From: Girardia tigrina
Lineage: Eukaryota
Assembly (NCBI GenBank): GCA_001938485.1
Contig: MQRK01171103.1
Coordinates: 1 to 64,000, forward strand
DNA: 64,000 nt
Direction: 5' to 3'
This document shows, one piece after another, positions 11,105 through 24,700 of this stretch (position 1 is the stretch's first letter; every line of letters starts with the position of its first letter). Both the position numbers and the translations under genes were made by a program. The notes under the pieces were generated by a model. That model searched no databases, was not told the origin of the DNA, and was given only the letters and a program-made list of their open reading frames with translations.

Positions 11105-11300
11105 ATGGTATAATCGTCATCGTCAGGTACTCAAAATATTTTTGATTGTGCTCCCCAGGATTTTCTTTCTTTAATTATTTTATCCATTATTTTTGTAGAT
11201 AATTTGTTCAATGCCACATTAATGTTGTGATCTATTTACCTGACGATGATAGTTATACCATCGAAATTAATTGTCTTAAAAAATAAAATTTTGTTTTACA
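11105..11300. mobile_element. Small Penelope-like remnant with inverted hammerhead-like pLTR pieces
   Basis: 11160-11236 is homologous to the PLE segment at 9311-9388. CTGACGATGATAGTTATACCATCGAAATTAAT lies on the plus strand at about 11240-11271, with an inverted partial copy at about 11105-11128. Confidence 0.65.
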
Positions 11301-13279
11301 AATGGCGTGTTTTGGTTTATAAACATTGTGAGGAATATTTTAAATTGTTTGAATGCGTAAATGTATTGATGCTGTATGTTGATTTGAGTATGTTGGACTT
11401 AGAATGGTGATTCTCCCACCCAGATGGAAATTGGTATTTTTTTATTTACAGTAATTGACTATTTGAACATAATTAAAATAATAATTTGATAAGTTTATAT
11501 TTTTAAAATTGACAATTAAAATTAAGTTAATTATTTTTTTAAGAAAAGAAAAGCATTTAATTAGATATAAATAAAATTAATAAAATTTAAATTGTTATTA
11601 AGAAATGGTTAAAATTATTATTTTTGATTAATATTTTTAGAAATTAAATACTTTAAAAAGATTTAGAAAAAATTGTTTGAATAGTCATGATTAAAAATAG
11701 AAAAATAAAAAAATCAATTAGAACGATTAACAAAAATCAAACGGTTAACGATCTTCTGAGAGTTGTAATGACTCTAAATATGATAATAACAAAAATTCAA
11801 ATGAAAATTGTCTCACTGTTCTTAAAAAACATAATTTGTCATTATGTTTTAATTTTCTGAAAAAATAAAATGACTTTGTAAAACAAGAAAGTGTAAATAA
11901 AAGTAAAACATAAAGTTTAAAAATCTAAAAAGTAAAAAAAATGATTTTCTTAAAAAAACTAATAATCTACATAATTATTAAAATTAAAAAAGTTGTAAGC
12001 TAAAAAGTTTAGATTAATTAAAACCGATATATTTTAAAAATAAAATATTAAATAAAAATATTAAATTGAAGAAATAAAGAAGTTATTTTGATTTTTATAA
12101 AAACAATAAATTAGGTGAAGTGATAGAAATTAAAGTCATAGTTAAATATTTTTTAACGAAATTATTTTTAAAATAAAAAGTAAAAAATTTCAGAGATAAA
12201 TTTTAATAGTGAAAATTTATTAAGTTTATAAAAAAAATAGAAATTTGATTTTAAAGAAAATTTATTAAATGAATTTACGAGAAGAAATGTGTTTAAATTT
12301 GTGTGTAATTTTCACTAATAAATTTTTTTGGTGAAATCTTGAATTCTAATCTTGAATCAAATATCATTGAAGATAATGTCAATACAAATACCAATTATTA
12401 TTATTATTAATTATAAAGAGGTTTCATAAAAAAATTGAAGGAAATTTTAAAAACATAAAGAAAATAGTTTCATTGATTTTAATTTTGGTTTTCAAAACAT
12501 TAAAAAAAATTAAAAAATTAAATTAATTAATAAAATTTGCGATAATTTGACGGAAAATTAGATGATAAAACATTTGTGTAATGGAAGATTTGAGTGCTTA
12601 GTGATTTTAGGGCAAAAAGGATATTATAGCTTGGTTTTTCAGAAAACATTGATTTAATTGTCACTTCCTGAAAGAACTTGAAACGTCAAATCCATCAAAA
12701 ATTCTGAAACGTTTTTACTAGAGTACCGAACTTATCTAATCCAGATTATTTTTTATGAATTTTAAAATAAAAAATTTTGATGAAATATTTTCTTTTCAAA
12801 TTAATCACCATTTGTAAGTAAATTATGTGAAAATTCCAGGTATACATTCATATCGAATTATTTATTTATGGTATTAAAATATCTTCAAAGTGTAACTCAA
12901 TCTATCATCAGTCATCTTGAAATGAGTCAACCTTTGGTTAAACGAATAAGGCATATTTAAAGATTAAATATATCAAAAAGATTTGATCGAATTGAAAAAT
13001 GATTCTTCAATTAGGTTTCTTATTACTGTAGATGGTCGGTTAAAAATTTTAATTTTCACGTATTTCATAATATTTGATAAATATTTTATTATTAAATGAC
13101 ATGTGAAAATTATATCGCGAAAACATAATTATTATTGGGTTCATGAGTAAGATTCATGACAATAAAAATTTATTTTTAACACATTACATTTTATAAACAA
13201 ATTTATGAGGAACAGTATATTCAATTTGCCTAAACCAGATTTTTAAAATTCGAAATATAAATATCAATATAATAATTAA

Positions 13280-13519
13280 CCCTTAAAGTACGGAGTCCAT
13301 TTTATAACATAAAGGACAGAGGGGTCACTAAAGTCCCCCACACAAAAATTGTTTTGTTTTGTTTAAAAAATGGCATATAAATATTACAAAGACTATGAGT
13401 AAACTAAAAAAAACGATTATTTAATTAAACTTACAGCTATTTTTACATTTATTTTTAAGAAGTTATTAAAGAAAAATAATCTTGGGGGACCTAAAGTCCC
13501 CCACTCCGTGCTGTAAGAG
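13280..13519. mobile_element. piggyBac-type MITE (240 bp)
   Basis: TTAA on both sides. TIR CCCTTAAAGTACGGAGT versus the reverse complement of the right end, CTCTTACAGCACGGAGT (14/17). Subterminal repeats GGGGTCACTAAAGTCCCCCA and GGGGACCTAAAGTCCCCCA. Confidence 0.85.
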
Positions 13520-15524
13520 TTAATGGTAAAACATTGATTTTATTTTGAAAAGTTTTGTATAATAAATTTTTTTTGTATTTTTTTTTTCCCCTTAATCGAA
13601 GAAAAAATCTTTTCTTTGTATTAAAGACTTTCAGAAAATTTTCAAAAAACGTATTTACTTTCAGGAGAGATTGAACATTTTTTATAAAATAAAATATCAT
13701 GTCCATTATATAAAATAAACAAATTAACTTTATTTGCTGCTTTGAAAATTTTATCTATACGCACTTTCCAAAAATAATTATATAATAATTTTTTAAAATA
13801 TTTTTATTTCAAAAGGTCACAGATAGTCTTAAAATATTTTTTAAAATTATTTAATTAATTTAAATTAATTATTGGCTTTTATTATGAAATTAATTATATA
13901 TTATAATTAACATTGGCTATTTGCTAGAAAATGAATTAATAATTAATTTAGTGCTATCTTAATCAAATGAATTTTAACAAAACAAATTCGTTTTATGAAG
14001 CACATTATCAGAAATGCGAAAGAAATGTTAATTTTTTTCTTTTTTGTTTCAACTGCTTAGGGTAAGATTAGTGAACGAAATAGTTGATATTTAAGTGCTT
14101 ATAAACACAATATTATATCAAGAAATTGAATTTAATTTACATTTTTGGCAATTGAAATCAAACTAAAAAACTATTTCAAAAATTTTAAGCTGAAGACACA
14201 AATGGAATTTTAATACTAATTTGAATATTATAAAATTAATTACAGTTTATATCTCTATTTTTTCATAATGAAATCATAATAGTAAAAAAAGTTACATATT
14301 TCAATAAAAACATTATTTATTTATAGAGTACAATATTAGTAATATTATTTTATTAGAACATATATATGCTGGGGAAAACTAAAAACATTTAGACTATTTT
14401 GTCAAGAAAGTGAAATTCAATTTCCAGAAGCTACATTTATTTAATTACAAGAAAGAAATAATGTAAACAAAATTGGTTTATAAAATAACTAAAAGTGACT
14501 TTAATCGATGTAAAACTGTGAAAGTGTTGCTTAGTCTATTGGGTGTTCATCCTCATCGTTGAATGATTTATTGTTTCTAACATTTACTACATGAGTCTTT
14601 GTAATTCAGGGTTTGTTTACCCCCATCGGTCTCTCTTACACTTTTGACATAAGGGCCCCAAAATGTCTTGATAGAACGAGAGTATTGGACATTTTGAGGA
14701 AGAGACTCTTCAAGGGAGGAGATGCTGAAATGATGGTGTTGTTGATGAACACCATCATTTATTGATCCGTATACATATTGTCATTTACGCTATTAGGCTA
14801 CGGCAAAAACATGATTTAAAGCGTAGTCTACAGAGGCATCAATCCAAATAACTTACTGAACTGCAATAGTTTTTGTCAACATTCTATTTGACATGTATCT
14901 GAAAATCTTGAGAACTCGAAGTAAAATAATTATTCTTTCCTACTACAATTTTACATGTATAGATTCTAATTTCTTATAATGACTTTTTTATCTCCAAAAC
15001 AGCGGTCTTTTTTCCACCTCACAGCTTCAAATATCATTACTTTTTCTTTTGACATATTAAACTACCGCTTTTAATAATGTCCTTACATTCTTCTAAAATA
15101 AACTTTTTTCATTGCATGTCCGCCGTTTATTTGTTTGTTTTATTGTTACATCTACGTTCTGTGATCCGGACAACTTTTGAACTGAAAAACATAAATTGAT
15201 GGAGAACCATGCACTACCTAAAATAAGAAAAGGATTTATATTAAGTCGTTTTCCTTCTACAAGAAGTTGTCATGTATTTTTGGAAGCAATTTTTGTACAA
15301 AGAGATACAAAATATTATGCCAGAAAAAACCAATTTAATGTAATTTATTTTGCAATTTAATTGCAATTAACAATTACTAATAATCATATTAATTTTATAT
15401 ATTAAGTAATGAGTGCGAAAAGTATTACTAACTTTAAAATCCCCTATCTTCAAAACCATATTTTTGATTGAAAAAGTACCGACTGTTTTGAAAAATGTGT
15501 TTAATTCAAAATAATTTTAATGAG

Positions 15525-16470
15525 CTAAGAAATATTATTTAATTTTTTTCCAGAATGCCTGCCATTAAACTTTCAATTGTAGTTTCTGTCACGTTTTTGG
15601 CTGCATTATTCCACTTGTTCCTGAAATTTACAATTGTCTATGCACTCCTGTTTGTCTTCTTTAATTGCATTTTTACCAGAGCACAATAATTTTCGATTGG
15701 GCGAAGCTTTGGACAATTTGGTGGGTTTACCTCTCTTTGCACCAAATCGACGTTATTGTCTTCGTACCACTTCTTGGCTGCCTTACCATAGTGGCACGAT
15801 GGCAAATCCGGCCAAAAGAGAATAAGACCTCCGTGTTGACTTATGAATGGTAATAAACGCGTTTGCAAGCACTCCTTCACATAGACTTCTGTGTTTATTG
15901 TGCCAGATGTGACAAAGCATTTACTCCTTTTCCTGCATCCACATATAGCCTGCCAAACAAGAAATTTTATGGGAAACTTAGATTTTTTCTTGCTTTTAAA
16001 TATTTGTTTAACTCTTCCTCTCTTAGTTGCAGAGTAAAATTCTTGTCCAGGTATCTGGAAAAACTCGCAGAGCACATAAGTCTCATCATCCATAATGCAA
16101 AATTTTTTCTTCGCAAGTAAACCAGATTTCAACTTTTTGGCTCGCTGCTGCGCCTTAACGTTCTTGTTAGTACTTTTTAACCCATAGACTGTTTAATTTT
16201 CCGAACTGTTTTCTCGCTACAATTTGATTTTTCCGCCAGTTTTCAATTTGATAGACGAGGATTTCTCTCCAACTTTCTTCACATTATATGTATACGAAAT
16301 ACCCTTTCTTCTTCCCGAACCAATTTTTCTGAAAACGTTCAAGTTCTCATTGAAGTTTTGAATAACGTTAGAAACTGTTTTCTGACAAATTGTTGCTTTT
16401 CTGGTAATTGTTTTCTAACTTGATTGTGGACTTTCTTGAGATAAACGAATAATTAATTCGCTACTTCATG
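15525..16470 (-). mobile_element. DD37E (ITmD37E-type) Tc1/mariner transposase pseudogene; ends approximate
   Basis: ORF 15638-16132 contains MDDETY...FWPDLPSCHY...NPPNCPKLRPIE, with exactly 37 residues between the second D and the E. The upstream part is degenerate. Confidence 0.85.
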
Positions 16471-16829
16471 TTTCTGAAAATTGAAATTTAAAAATCAATT
16501 TTATTTTGATTTATTGAAAAAAAGCCTACTTCATTAGTTTTTTGTAATTTGTGAATTTATGTTAATTAATGGAACTACTAATTAATTTACTAGAAGTAGG
16601 AAATACAAATCTCACAAACATCTCCTTTATCGTAAGTTTTTTTAAAAAATTAGCTGGCAAAATAACAACATTCTTGAAAGAAAATAAATATCTGCTACTA
16701 CAGTTGCTTCCCACTTAAATAAATTTTTATTATAATGAATTATTAAATAAAACTTTAAAAATATGATACTTTAAATTTATATTTTTCATTAAAAATAATA
16801 AATATTTTAAAAAAATATAAATTGAAAAT

Positions 16830-17460
16830 GGTGAGGCGACTTTACCGCGGATTTTTTCAGAAAAAAATATTAAAAATTTATAATATTAATATTAAATAAT
16901 TAAATAAATTCAATTTTCTTAAAATTTTTAATTAAGATATTTTTTGCCATTATTACCGAATAATACTTTATTAAAATATAATATTTATAAAAAAAATTTT
17001 CATTTACGTTAATATACCTTTAAAAATATACCTTAAAATATTATAAATTTCTAAAAAATTTTCTTTCACTTTTTTCATCATGAATCTTCAATTCTTTAAT
17101 TCAAAATCTGTAAATCCGATTGTTGTGTATCCAGGCTATTCTTATCGCTTGGATTAAAGACTGTCTTTTTCATCGGAACCAATCAATTTGGAAAGAATAA
17201 AAGAAACATCAAATCTTCCAGATCTCTATTCAAACAATGATTAAATTAGAACTATTCTGAAATCAATAATGACTATAGCGTTTGTTCCTGTGAATGATGT
17301 TATCACTGCCTTTTTGGTTTTACTTGATCTTCCTAATGATTATCCAGAACTCGATGATGTCTTTGCATATTTTGAGGATACATATATTGGCCGTGCTCGT
17401 GGAGAACGAGGATTACGTCCTCGATATGCAATTCAGTGTTGGAATGTATATGACCGCGAT
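16830..17460 (+). mobile_element. Internally deleted MULE (Mutator-like) element
   Basis: MNLQFFNSKSVNPIVVYPGYSYRLD (FLYWCH-like start, 17080) and AFVPVNDV...YFEDTYIG...PRYAIQCWNVYDR (MULE C-terminal motif). TIR-like GAGGCGACTTTACCG at about 16833. Confidence 0.7.
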
Positions 17461-17486
17461 ATTTCTCTACCACTCAAAAACGAATA

Positions 17487-17945
17487 TCAGATCGGAACAA
17501 CCTGAACAGCACGATGTTCCACAGGAGATCGTCCTCTTTTGCTACGCATACTCACACAAAAACCCACTTCATCACCGTCCTGTTGAGAAGTGATATTTAA
17601 AAACTCCATTTCATATTGAAATCTAATTTCAGGGGTGTTTTCATCATTTCTTCTTTCCGGTTTCGGTGTTATACGTTTAAGAGATAATGAAAAACTTGTA
17701 ATGACTAGATCAATTGTCGATATGCTTACATCCACTTGATAAATATCTTAAAATTTTTCTTTTATCGAATCAAGCGTCATCTAACAATCTTCAGCAATGA
17801 AATCTCTTATTGAAATTATGTGCACCTCAGATAGTGCCTTTGGTTTACAAACATTTCAGCGGTTTGCCGAGAGCTCTTGCCATTTTCATAATCTCTGATT
17901 ATTCTAGTTCTAACATCATTGCTTACTCCACTTGTCATTTTAGGG
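17487..17945 (-). mobile_element. IS630/Tc1-like transposase fragment
   Basis: MTSGVSNDVRTRIIRDYENGKSSRQTAEMF (HTH-like)...VSISTID...SLKRITPKPERRND...DEVGFCVSMRSKRGRS (first catalytic DE region). Frameshifted. Confidence 0.7.
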
Positions 17946-19712
17946 CGTTTAAAATTTTACAATTGAAAATTAAAAATTACATATAAATATTATTTAATGA
18001 AATACGATATATTGATCATAAAATAAATTTAATTATTATTAAACAAAAATAACACCATTTTGACTTTGATTTTTTTTTTGAAAAATTCTATTTGGAATCA
18101 ATTTAAATGTTTTGTTCTGATTTTAAAGAAAAATTTTAATCAACAGACAACAATTTATCAATATGCACGATTCTTGAATGTATTGGAAATGTTTTTATAC
18201 ATTTATAGCTTAATTAAACATCTGAGCTACATATCGGTGACACATTTCGGGGACATATACTTTATCAATTTATATAAAAAATTCTCAAAATAAACAGAAA
18301 AATAAATATATATGAGATTAAATACATAATATTCATCAGAATATAATCATTATTTAGAATTAATAATAATAATTTCAAATAAGTGTCCTATTTTTTTTAA
18401 ATATAAATAAATATTATAAAATAATATTAATCGATGTTTATAAAAATAATTTTTTTTCTAAAATTTTTAAGAGGATTATTCAAATCGAATCGGTTGATGA
18501 TTGAAATAACTTTATTTGTAAAGACGATGATTGCAAGAGGTCCTCAATGTGGGACGTTCTACATCGAATAATGGAAACATATTCGGACAGAAAAAGAATT
18601 AAATTATATATATTAATGTAATTTATAATTCTAATCGTTTTTTTAATAATTTTTACAATTGTATATAATAAATGTTTTACACGTGTATTTTTCATGGAGT
18701 ACGCCAATAATAGCTTGTTTAATTTTATCTTAGCCTCGTATGACATTACATTTGGTATTTTTCAAAAAGTATAAGTAAATAATTACATAAAAATAGTTAA
18801 TAAAAACTTGTCAATTGATATTTGATTTCTCAAATCTCTATTGAAAATTCCTCAAACATTATTAAAAAATTTAGCAATGATAAATGAATTTCTTCCGAAA
18901 AAAACATTTATAAAGTTTAATGCATTACAAAAAGCAATGCTTTGTGGTGGTCAAAGAGATTGCGGATAAAACAAATGCAATGGAAAAATGCACGAGAGAT
19001 AGATGTTATCACAGAGAGGAGAGGCACCACAGTCGATCGTTCGTTAGGTCTAGACTAAAGAAAACTATGTTACAGAAATATTTCAGTTTTAATCAAATGA
19101 TGCATTATATTTTATTGATCAAATATTTTAACTTTTGTTTCTCAAATAAAGCGGTTTATTGAATAATGAGTCTAAAATATTCGATAATAAAGCGTGGAAT
19201 TATCTTTCTAATCATTTTCACTTTCATGGATAAAAGGTCACAAAGAACCATCAAATCTCGACCCGTTTAAAACTGAATAACTACTTAAAAAAACTTTACT
19301 AGCGAAAATGCCTCCTTTGATTGACATATATTTTCATGTCCATCAAGGAAAAGTCATTACTTTTGAATTAATGTAACATTTTTGCTTGAATTCTCAATAT
19401 ACTTCCATACTAAGATTCAGTCACAATTAGAAAAACCATTTTGCCTATTCCAATATTAATAACTCATTTGCTTGCGAAAGATTGTGTACAAAGACTCCTA
19501 AAATGACAAATGCGTTTTTGTAAAACAAAATAAAATAATAAAACTAATTTTGAGGATTTTGAGAAACTCTTCAATTTTTAATTAAGGCTAACAAAACATT
19601 TTAAATTAATATTAAAGTATAAAAGTAAAAAAATATAAATTTATTGTAAAATAAGTAAATACGATAAACTGTTTGAATTCACCAATCAAATTACAATATT
19701 ATTAATATTTAA

Positions 19713-19938
19713 CCCTATGACTACCATTGTGACAATATGCCCCAAGCGATTTCAAAATATTCCAGAGAGATAAATTAGTATGCGAAATCGGTTATTTGCT
19801 TCCCAGTTGTATATACAGTATGTACTAGACACACTACCTGAAACATGTCAGTGCTTGTCAGTTGCTAGTTTGCTATTGCACTGGGACAATCTCCTGTCAT
19901 TATTTAATATGAGTAAAAAATTATTCGGTATCAAAGGG
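19713..19938. mobile_element. piggyBac-type MITE (226 bp)
   Basis: TTAA|CCCTATGACTACC...GGTATCAAAGGG|TTAA. Confidence 0.75.
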
Positions 19939-20310
19939 TTAAAAAGAAATGGTTTAGATAAAATTTAAAGTAATGGAATTTGAAAATTAAATGGATTTGA
20001 AAACTAATTAAATATAAGATTTTATGAATAGGTAAACAGAAGTTAATAAACTTTTTTTAAGTTAAATACAATAATAAGAAAAAATAAATATCATATGAAA
20101 TATAAATATTTACAAAAGTTTAATAAAATGTTCATTCAAAAGATAAAACATTTCTTAAAAAACAATAACATAAATACAAAATTAAATATAAAATAATTTG
20201 AAGAGTTTATGTTTAGATAAATACAATAAAAAATTTCGAAAATAAGAAATTCATATATAGAAAGAAAGTTAATATTATGATGGAATAGAATATAATAATA
20301 GAATATTATA

Positions 20311-20741
20311 CTGGACGTTGTAAGTTGGTATGCTGCTCAGATTTGTGACTCTCGTCAGATGGGATTGATATGTTATTAATTAATTATTTAAATCTAATGA
20401 GATTAATTTAAGAAGATGAATGTTTAAATACTAATTAATTAAAAAGTTTTGTAATTATAAATTTTAATAATATATTTAGTAAAACGATTTTAACTTATTA
20501 AATTTAATATATTTTAAAAACTAATATTTATTTTAAAATTTACTTAATGCATTTTTTAGCAATACTATTTTGAGAAATTAAAAGTTAATATTATTTTTAA
20601 CTCATTAATTAAATCAAAGATTTGAATATAAAAACAAAAAACATATTAATCAAGAACGATGCTTCGCGCAAAAATTGCTACTGAGAATGATTTTGTTTGT
20701 GTTGTAAATAAATATTTTCACGGAAATTGTGATGTTGCTGA
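20311..20741 (+). repeat. Copy of the TGTGAGG solo-LTR-like repeat (5' truncated)
   Basis: Colinear with 25925-26345, sharing CAGATGGGATTGATATGTT, TTTTAACTTATTAAATTTAATATATTT and AAATTGTGATGTTG. Confidence 0.75.
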
Positions 20742-22128
20742 TAGATATAAAGCATGCAAAAATGTTTAATTATGTAGCTGTTAGTCGAAAAACAAATACA
20801 TTAATAAGATTGAGTAAATTATACTATAATATTAAAATAATTTAAACAATACTTGCTCAAGTAATAGTAAAACATTAAAACATTAATATCCTTTTAGATT
20901 TAAAATGTTATTTTCAGTTGCATAATGTTTTGATAAAATTAATTTTTATTTTTTTAAAAATATATATAAAGTGTAGTAAAATTTGATTGTAAAATGAAAT
21001 AGCATTGAGGACAATATTGTAGAATTAAAAATCAATTAAACTAATTCAAGCTGCTTGGAAATTAATTAAAACAAATGTGATTGGTTATATTCAAACAAAA
21101 AATAGATTTCGATGAATAAAAAAGGATTGAAATAGGAAAAATTTGAAGAGAGAAATTTAAAAAGATATATTTTTACAAAAAATATAATTTTCTTTATTTT
21201 CTTTCAACTTGTAGAGTCTTTCTTTGAAAAATAGAACCATAAAGATTTATTTTAATTAAATTTCTTTACTACAAAAATCGATTCTTCCATAATTAGAAAT
21301 TGTATACTTTTATCTTCTTGCAGAATTAGAATATTTTAACAATTAAAAATTAAAATTAAAATCTGCAAAATTGTGGTTGGAAAATCTGTAATAAAAAATA
21401 GATAATTTTCATAACACTAAAATAAATGACTAAATCATTAAAATGCACAATACAAAAGTACATACAAAAGATACATTACAATGACATTTCCAAAGCAAAG
21501 TTGCATTCTAATTTTATATCTAAAACATTATTTAAAGTATATATATAGCTCATAAAAATATTATTAAAAAATAAAAAATCAAATATAAATATTCTAATAA
21601 AAATATAAATAATATAGTAAAAAATATTATTTCTAGATTGACCTAATTTTAAAGAATTTTACAAAGAAACATATTTATATTATCCTCCAATATTTAAATT
21701 TAATATTTTTTTTCAAAAAACTGTACATTATAGTTACATTGACCTAAAAAGTTCATATATTGTTTATAGTGAAGATTTAATAATAATCTTTCATCCTTTG
21801 AAATAAACAATATTTTACAGAAGATAATTTTTTTTAAAAATTCAAGAACAACAACAAAAATAAAATAAATCAGTTCAATTATCAAATATAATTATTTTAA
21901 TAAAAAGAAAAATAATAAGAAATTATTTCTAAGCTAATTATCAAATTCTATATTATTTCCCAATTGTCAAAATAGTTAATTAATTATAAAACGCAAATAA
22001 TATTAATTAAAATAATAACATGTTCATAAATAGTGATTTTTCCCAAAATAAACTAAAAATATCAATTTCAATTAAACGTGAGACATAAAATCCATATATT
22101 CTGTCAATGATGATGCCAAAGAACTTAC

Positions 22129-22335
22129 ATTTTTTCTGAAGCTTCTGAAGCATGAGTTTGTAGGTATAATTGCATCGCTTCTTTGTCACATCCTCGCAGT
22201 CCTCATGACACAAGCGCCTCGGTCTGTTGTCTTCTGAGCACATCAAGAAATTGTCATGGCACGTCAAACGCATAATGTGCTTTAGACACTCTTGATCTGC
22301 CTGTTCTGACAGCACCGACGATATTTCCGCAACCA
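22129..22335 (-). CDS. ror: ROR-like receptor, exon G: Frizzled-type CRD core
   Basis: atgttcag|TG...AAAT|gtaagt, 207 nt, phase 1-1. Encodes (L)VAEISSVLSEQADQECLKHIMRLTCHDNFLMCSEDNRPRRLCHEDCEDVTKKRCNYTYKLMLQKLQKK (PRxLCxxxC motif). Confidence 0.92.
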
Positions 22336-22639
22336 CTGAACATTCAATTGAAACATTACTCATCATTTATTATGCGTGAAAAAATTTAATTATCATGCAT
22401 ATTATGATTTAATTTTTATGATAGACTCTTCCATTCTATCATTTCTTTTCAATCAATAATATGGAATTATTAAATTTAATTACAAAATAAATTTTAGATT
22501 ATTTATCAACAAACTTCTCATTCAAAAAATTGTTTACAGTTTTTATTTTTGGTGGTTTTTCATGTTTTAGAATCGTTAAAATATATAAGCGCTTTGTAAA
22601 TTTTTCAAGCATATTAATTTTGCATTTTCATCAAGATAT

Positions 22640-23860
22640 TAATCTCGGCACTTTCATGATCTCGGGATCCTGTAATCGATTATTTTTTAATATAATTAAT
22701 TAAAAATTTTTTAAGTTAATTAAATTAATTTTTGGTTTTAGTTAAATTTTTAATAATTTTAATATAAATTTTATTTTTTAAATTAAAATTTTAATATTTT
22801 ATTTTAAATTTTAAACACCACACATTAATACTACTAAAGTCATAAAATGTTTCTTTATTTGAGATGTTCTATACTGGAATCACTGACAATGTTGGAAATA
22901 ATGTCGTAAAGGTCAACTAATATAGCGCTTTATCTTAGTTCTGTCAAAAACAGTTCACTAGCAGAAAATGCTCAAAAAGACTTTGTATAGAATTTCTGGA
23001 AGCCTCCCTGTATGACCGACGACGAGAAGAAAATCGAGCACTCTTCTAATTTGACATTCTATCGCCGCTCTCTTTTCTCTTCCTTCCTTTTAATTTGACC
23101 CAATGTCATATTTCTGCTAGGCTTCCTTCAAACGTTGGTTCATGTCGCTTAACTTCTTTTCTTCAGTTAAGACTTCATTTCCATTTTCACAATCCCTGAC
23201 GACATCCAATTTGTTAGCGAGGTGATGAGTAAATACTTCGCGGCATTCATTTCTTTAGCTATATCTACATTTCCATCCCAACTAAGATATTTATTGCTAA
23301 AGATATCGATGTTAACCTTTCTATCATGTGATTCTGATTTAATTTGATGTGGTAATTTATTTAAAGTGAATCTAACAGCCCCGTTTGCCATCACCAAAGT
23401 ACATTTTCTCTTTGACATCGTTTTTAATAGCAATTTAACTGGCTTCAAAGCTCTATAAATGATTTCAAGTGTGTGCTTTTGTGATTCACTAAATAAGAAT
23501 TCTGAATTAAAACAAATTAAAGCTTTTTTTAAGGACTCCTTCACGAGAATCAATCATTCAAGTTTAGGGATCAAGGAGTTCCATATGGTTTTAATATCCA
23601 ATAAAAGAGATAGCTCCTTTCCATGTTCCTCCTTGATAAATTGCTGAAGCTTCTCATTTTTAACAGGACTTCTTGGAAATATTTTCAAAATATTGCGAAC
23701 TTTTTTTATGAGTTTCGAAAAGTGAGAATTTACTTTACGTTTCTCCGACTTGTGAATGTTACACCCATCGTAACTCATTCTTCATATAAACATTGTTAAG
23801 ATCGTAGTTGTTTTCGGACGAAACCTCGGATGAAGACATTTTTAAAATTTTTATTCAATA
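22640..23860 (-). mobile_element. Degenerate hAT transposon; ends approximate
   Basis: KKVRNILKIFPRSPVKNEKLQ...LLLDIKTIWNS (DxxTRWNS-like motif) and ALKPVKLLLKTMS. C-terminal AFSAS remnant near 22960. Confidence 0.75.
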
Positions 23861-24244
23861 ATAAAAATATTACATAATATTTAATTAAGTTAATTTCTGA
23901 GGAGCACTTTTTTCTTGCACAAACCAATAATATCTGTGAGGAATATTTGGTATGTTGATGTTTTTGTGTAGTGTTTGCATGTTTATATGTTGTGTGTTGA
24001 TATTGGATTGTGTCTAGTGAATCCAAATACTCGACTTTTCAGCTACCCGGGAAATCGAATATTTATTTTTTGAACTACCTGGGTACCCAGGTATTTCGAG
24101 ATGAAAAAAATTCAAGTTCAAGTACACTATGTTTTGTCAATTTATTTTTTAACATAAGAATAATTAGAACATATAAGTATAAAATATATATATTTAATAT
24201 AGAAACATATACGTTTTCATTTATAATTTATTTTTTATTCAAAA

Positions 24245-24700
24245 AATAATATTTGAGGAATACAAGCCCGTCTAAAGTATCCATCTTCAACTGGTTTCGA
24301 ATTTTTGTAACAAATGTTGAATCTACCGAAAATACTCTTTCGCTTACTGACGAAGTAGGTTGAATAGTCATCAATGCGTTGTACAGATTTTAAACTGAGT
24401 CACCTCTTTTGGCATTATTTCCCTCCCAAAGTTTTAGTTCTTTCTCTAATGTGGATTTTCCTCCACTATCTTTCGGAATAGCCATAATATGTTCAATTTT
24501 TTTTGGAGTTAATCATAATTTGAATTAAAAATAACATCCTCATTTCAGAAGCTGGCTCTGGATATGTGTTGATTATAAATTCTAATTTAAACATTCTAAT
24601 TTAAAAATTCTAATATTTCCCTTCTTCTGAAAAACTAAAGTTGTGTCCTTCCTTCCATCAAAGAAGATGTCAAAGAAAGCCGGTTTTTTCTATAGAAATT
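24245..24700 (-). mobile_element. hAT C-terminal dimerisation-domain fragment
   Basis: The minus strand reads YNALMTIQPTSSVSERVFSVDSTFVTKIRNQLKMDTLDGLVFLKYYF (SERxFS motif). Confidence 0.8.

Noticed and set aside
18060-21885. Short I/F/K/N-rich ORFs from the ORF track here and elsewhere (e.g. 4873, 13491, 18060, 21700, 26155, 55505)
   Set aside because: Composition expected from random very AT-rich DNA; no domains or splice-consistent structure.
24015-24129. TAGTG...CACTA short MITE-like element
   Set aside because: Only a 5-bp terminal match and no exact TSD. Plausible hAT-type MITE but not supportable.
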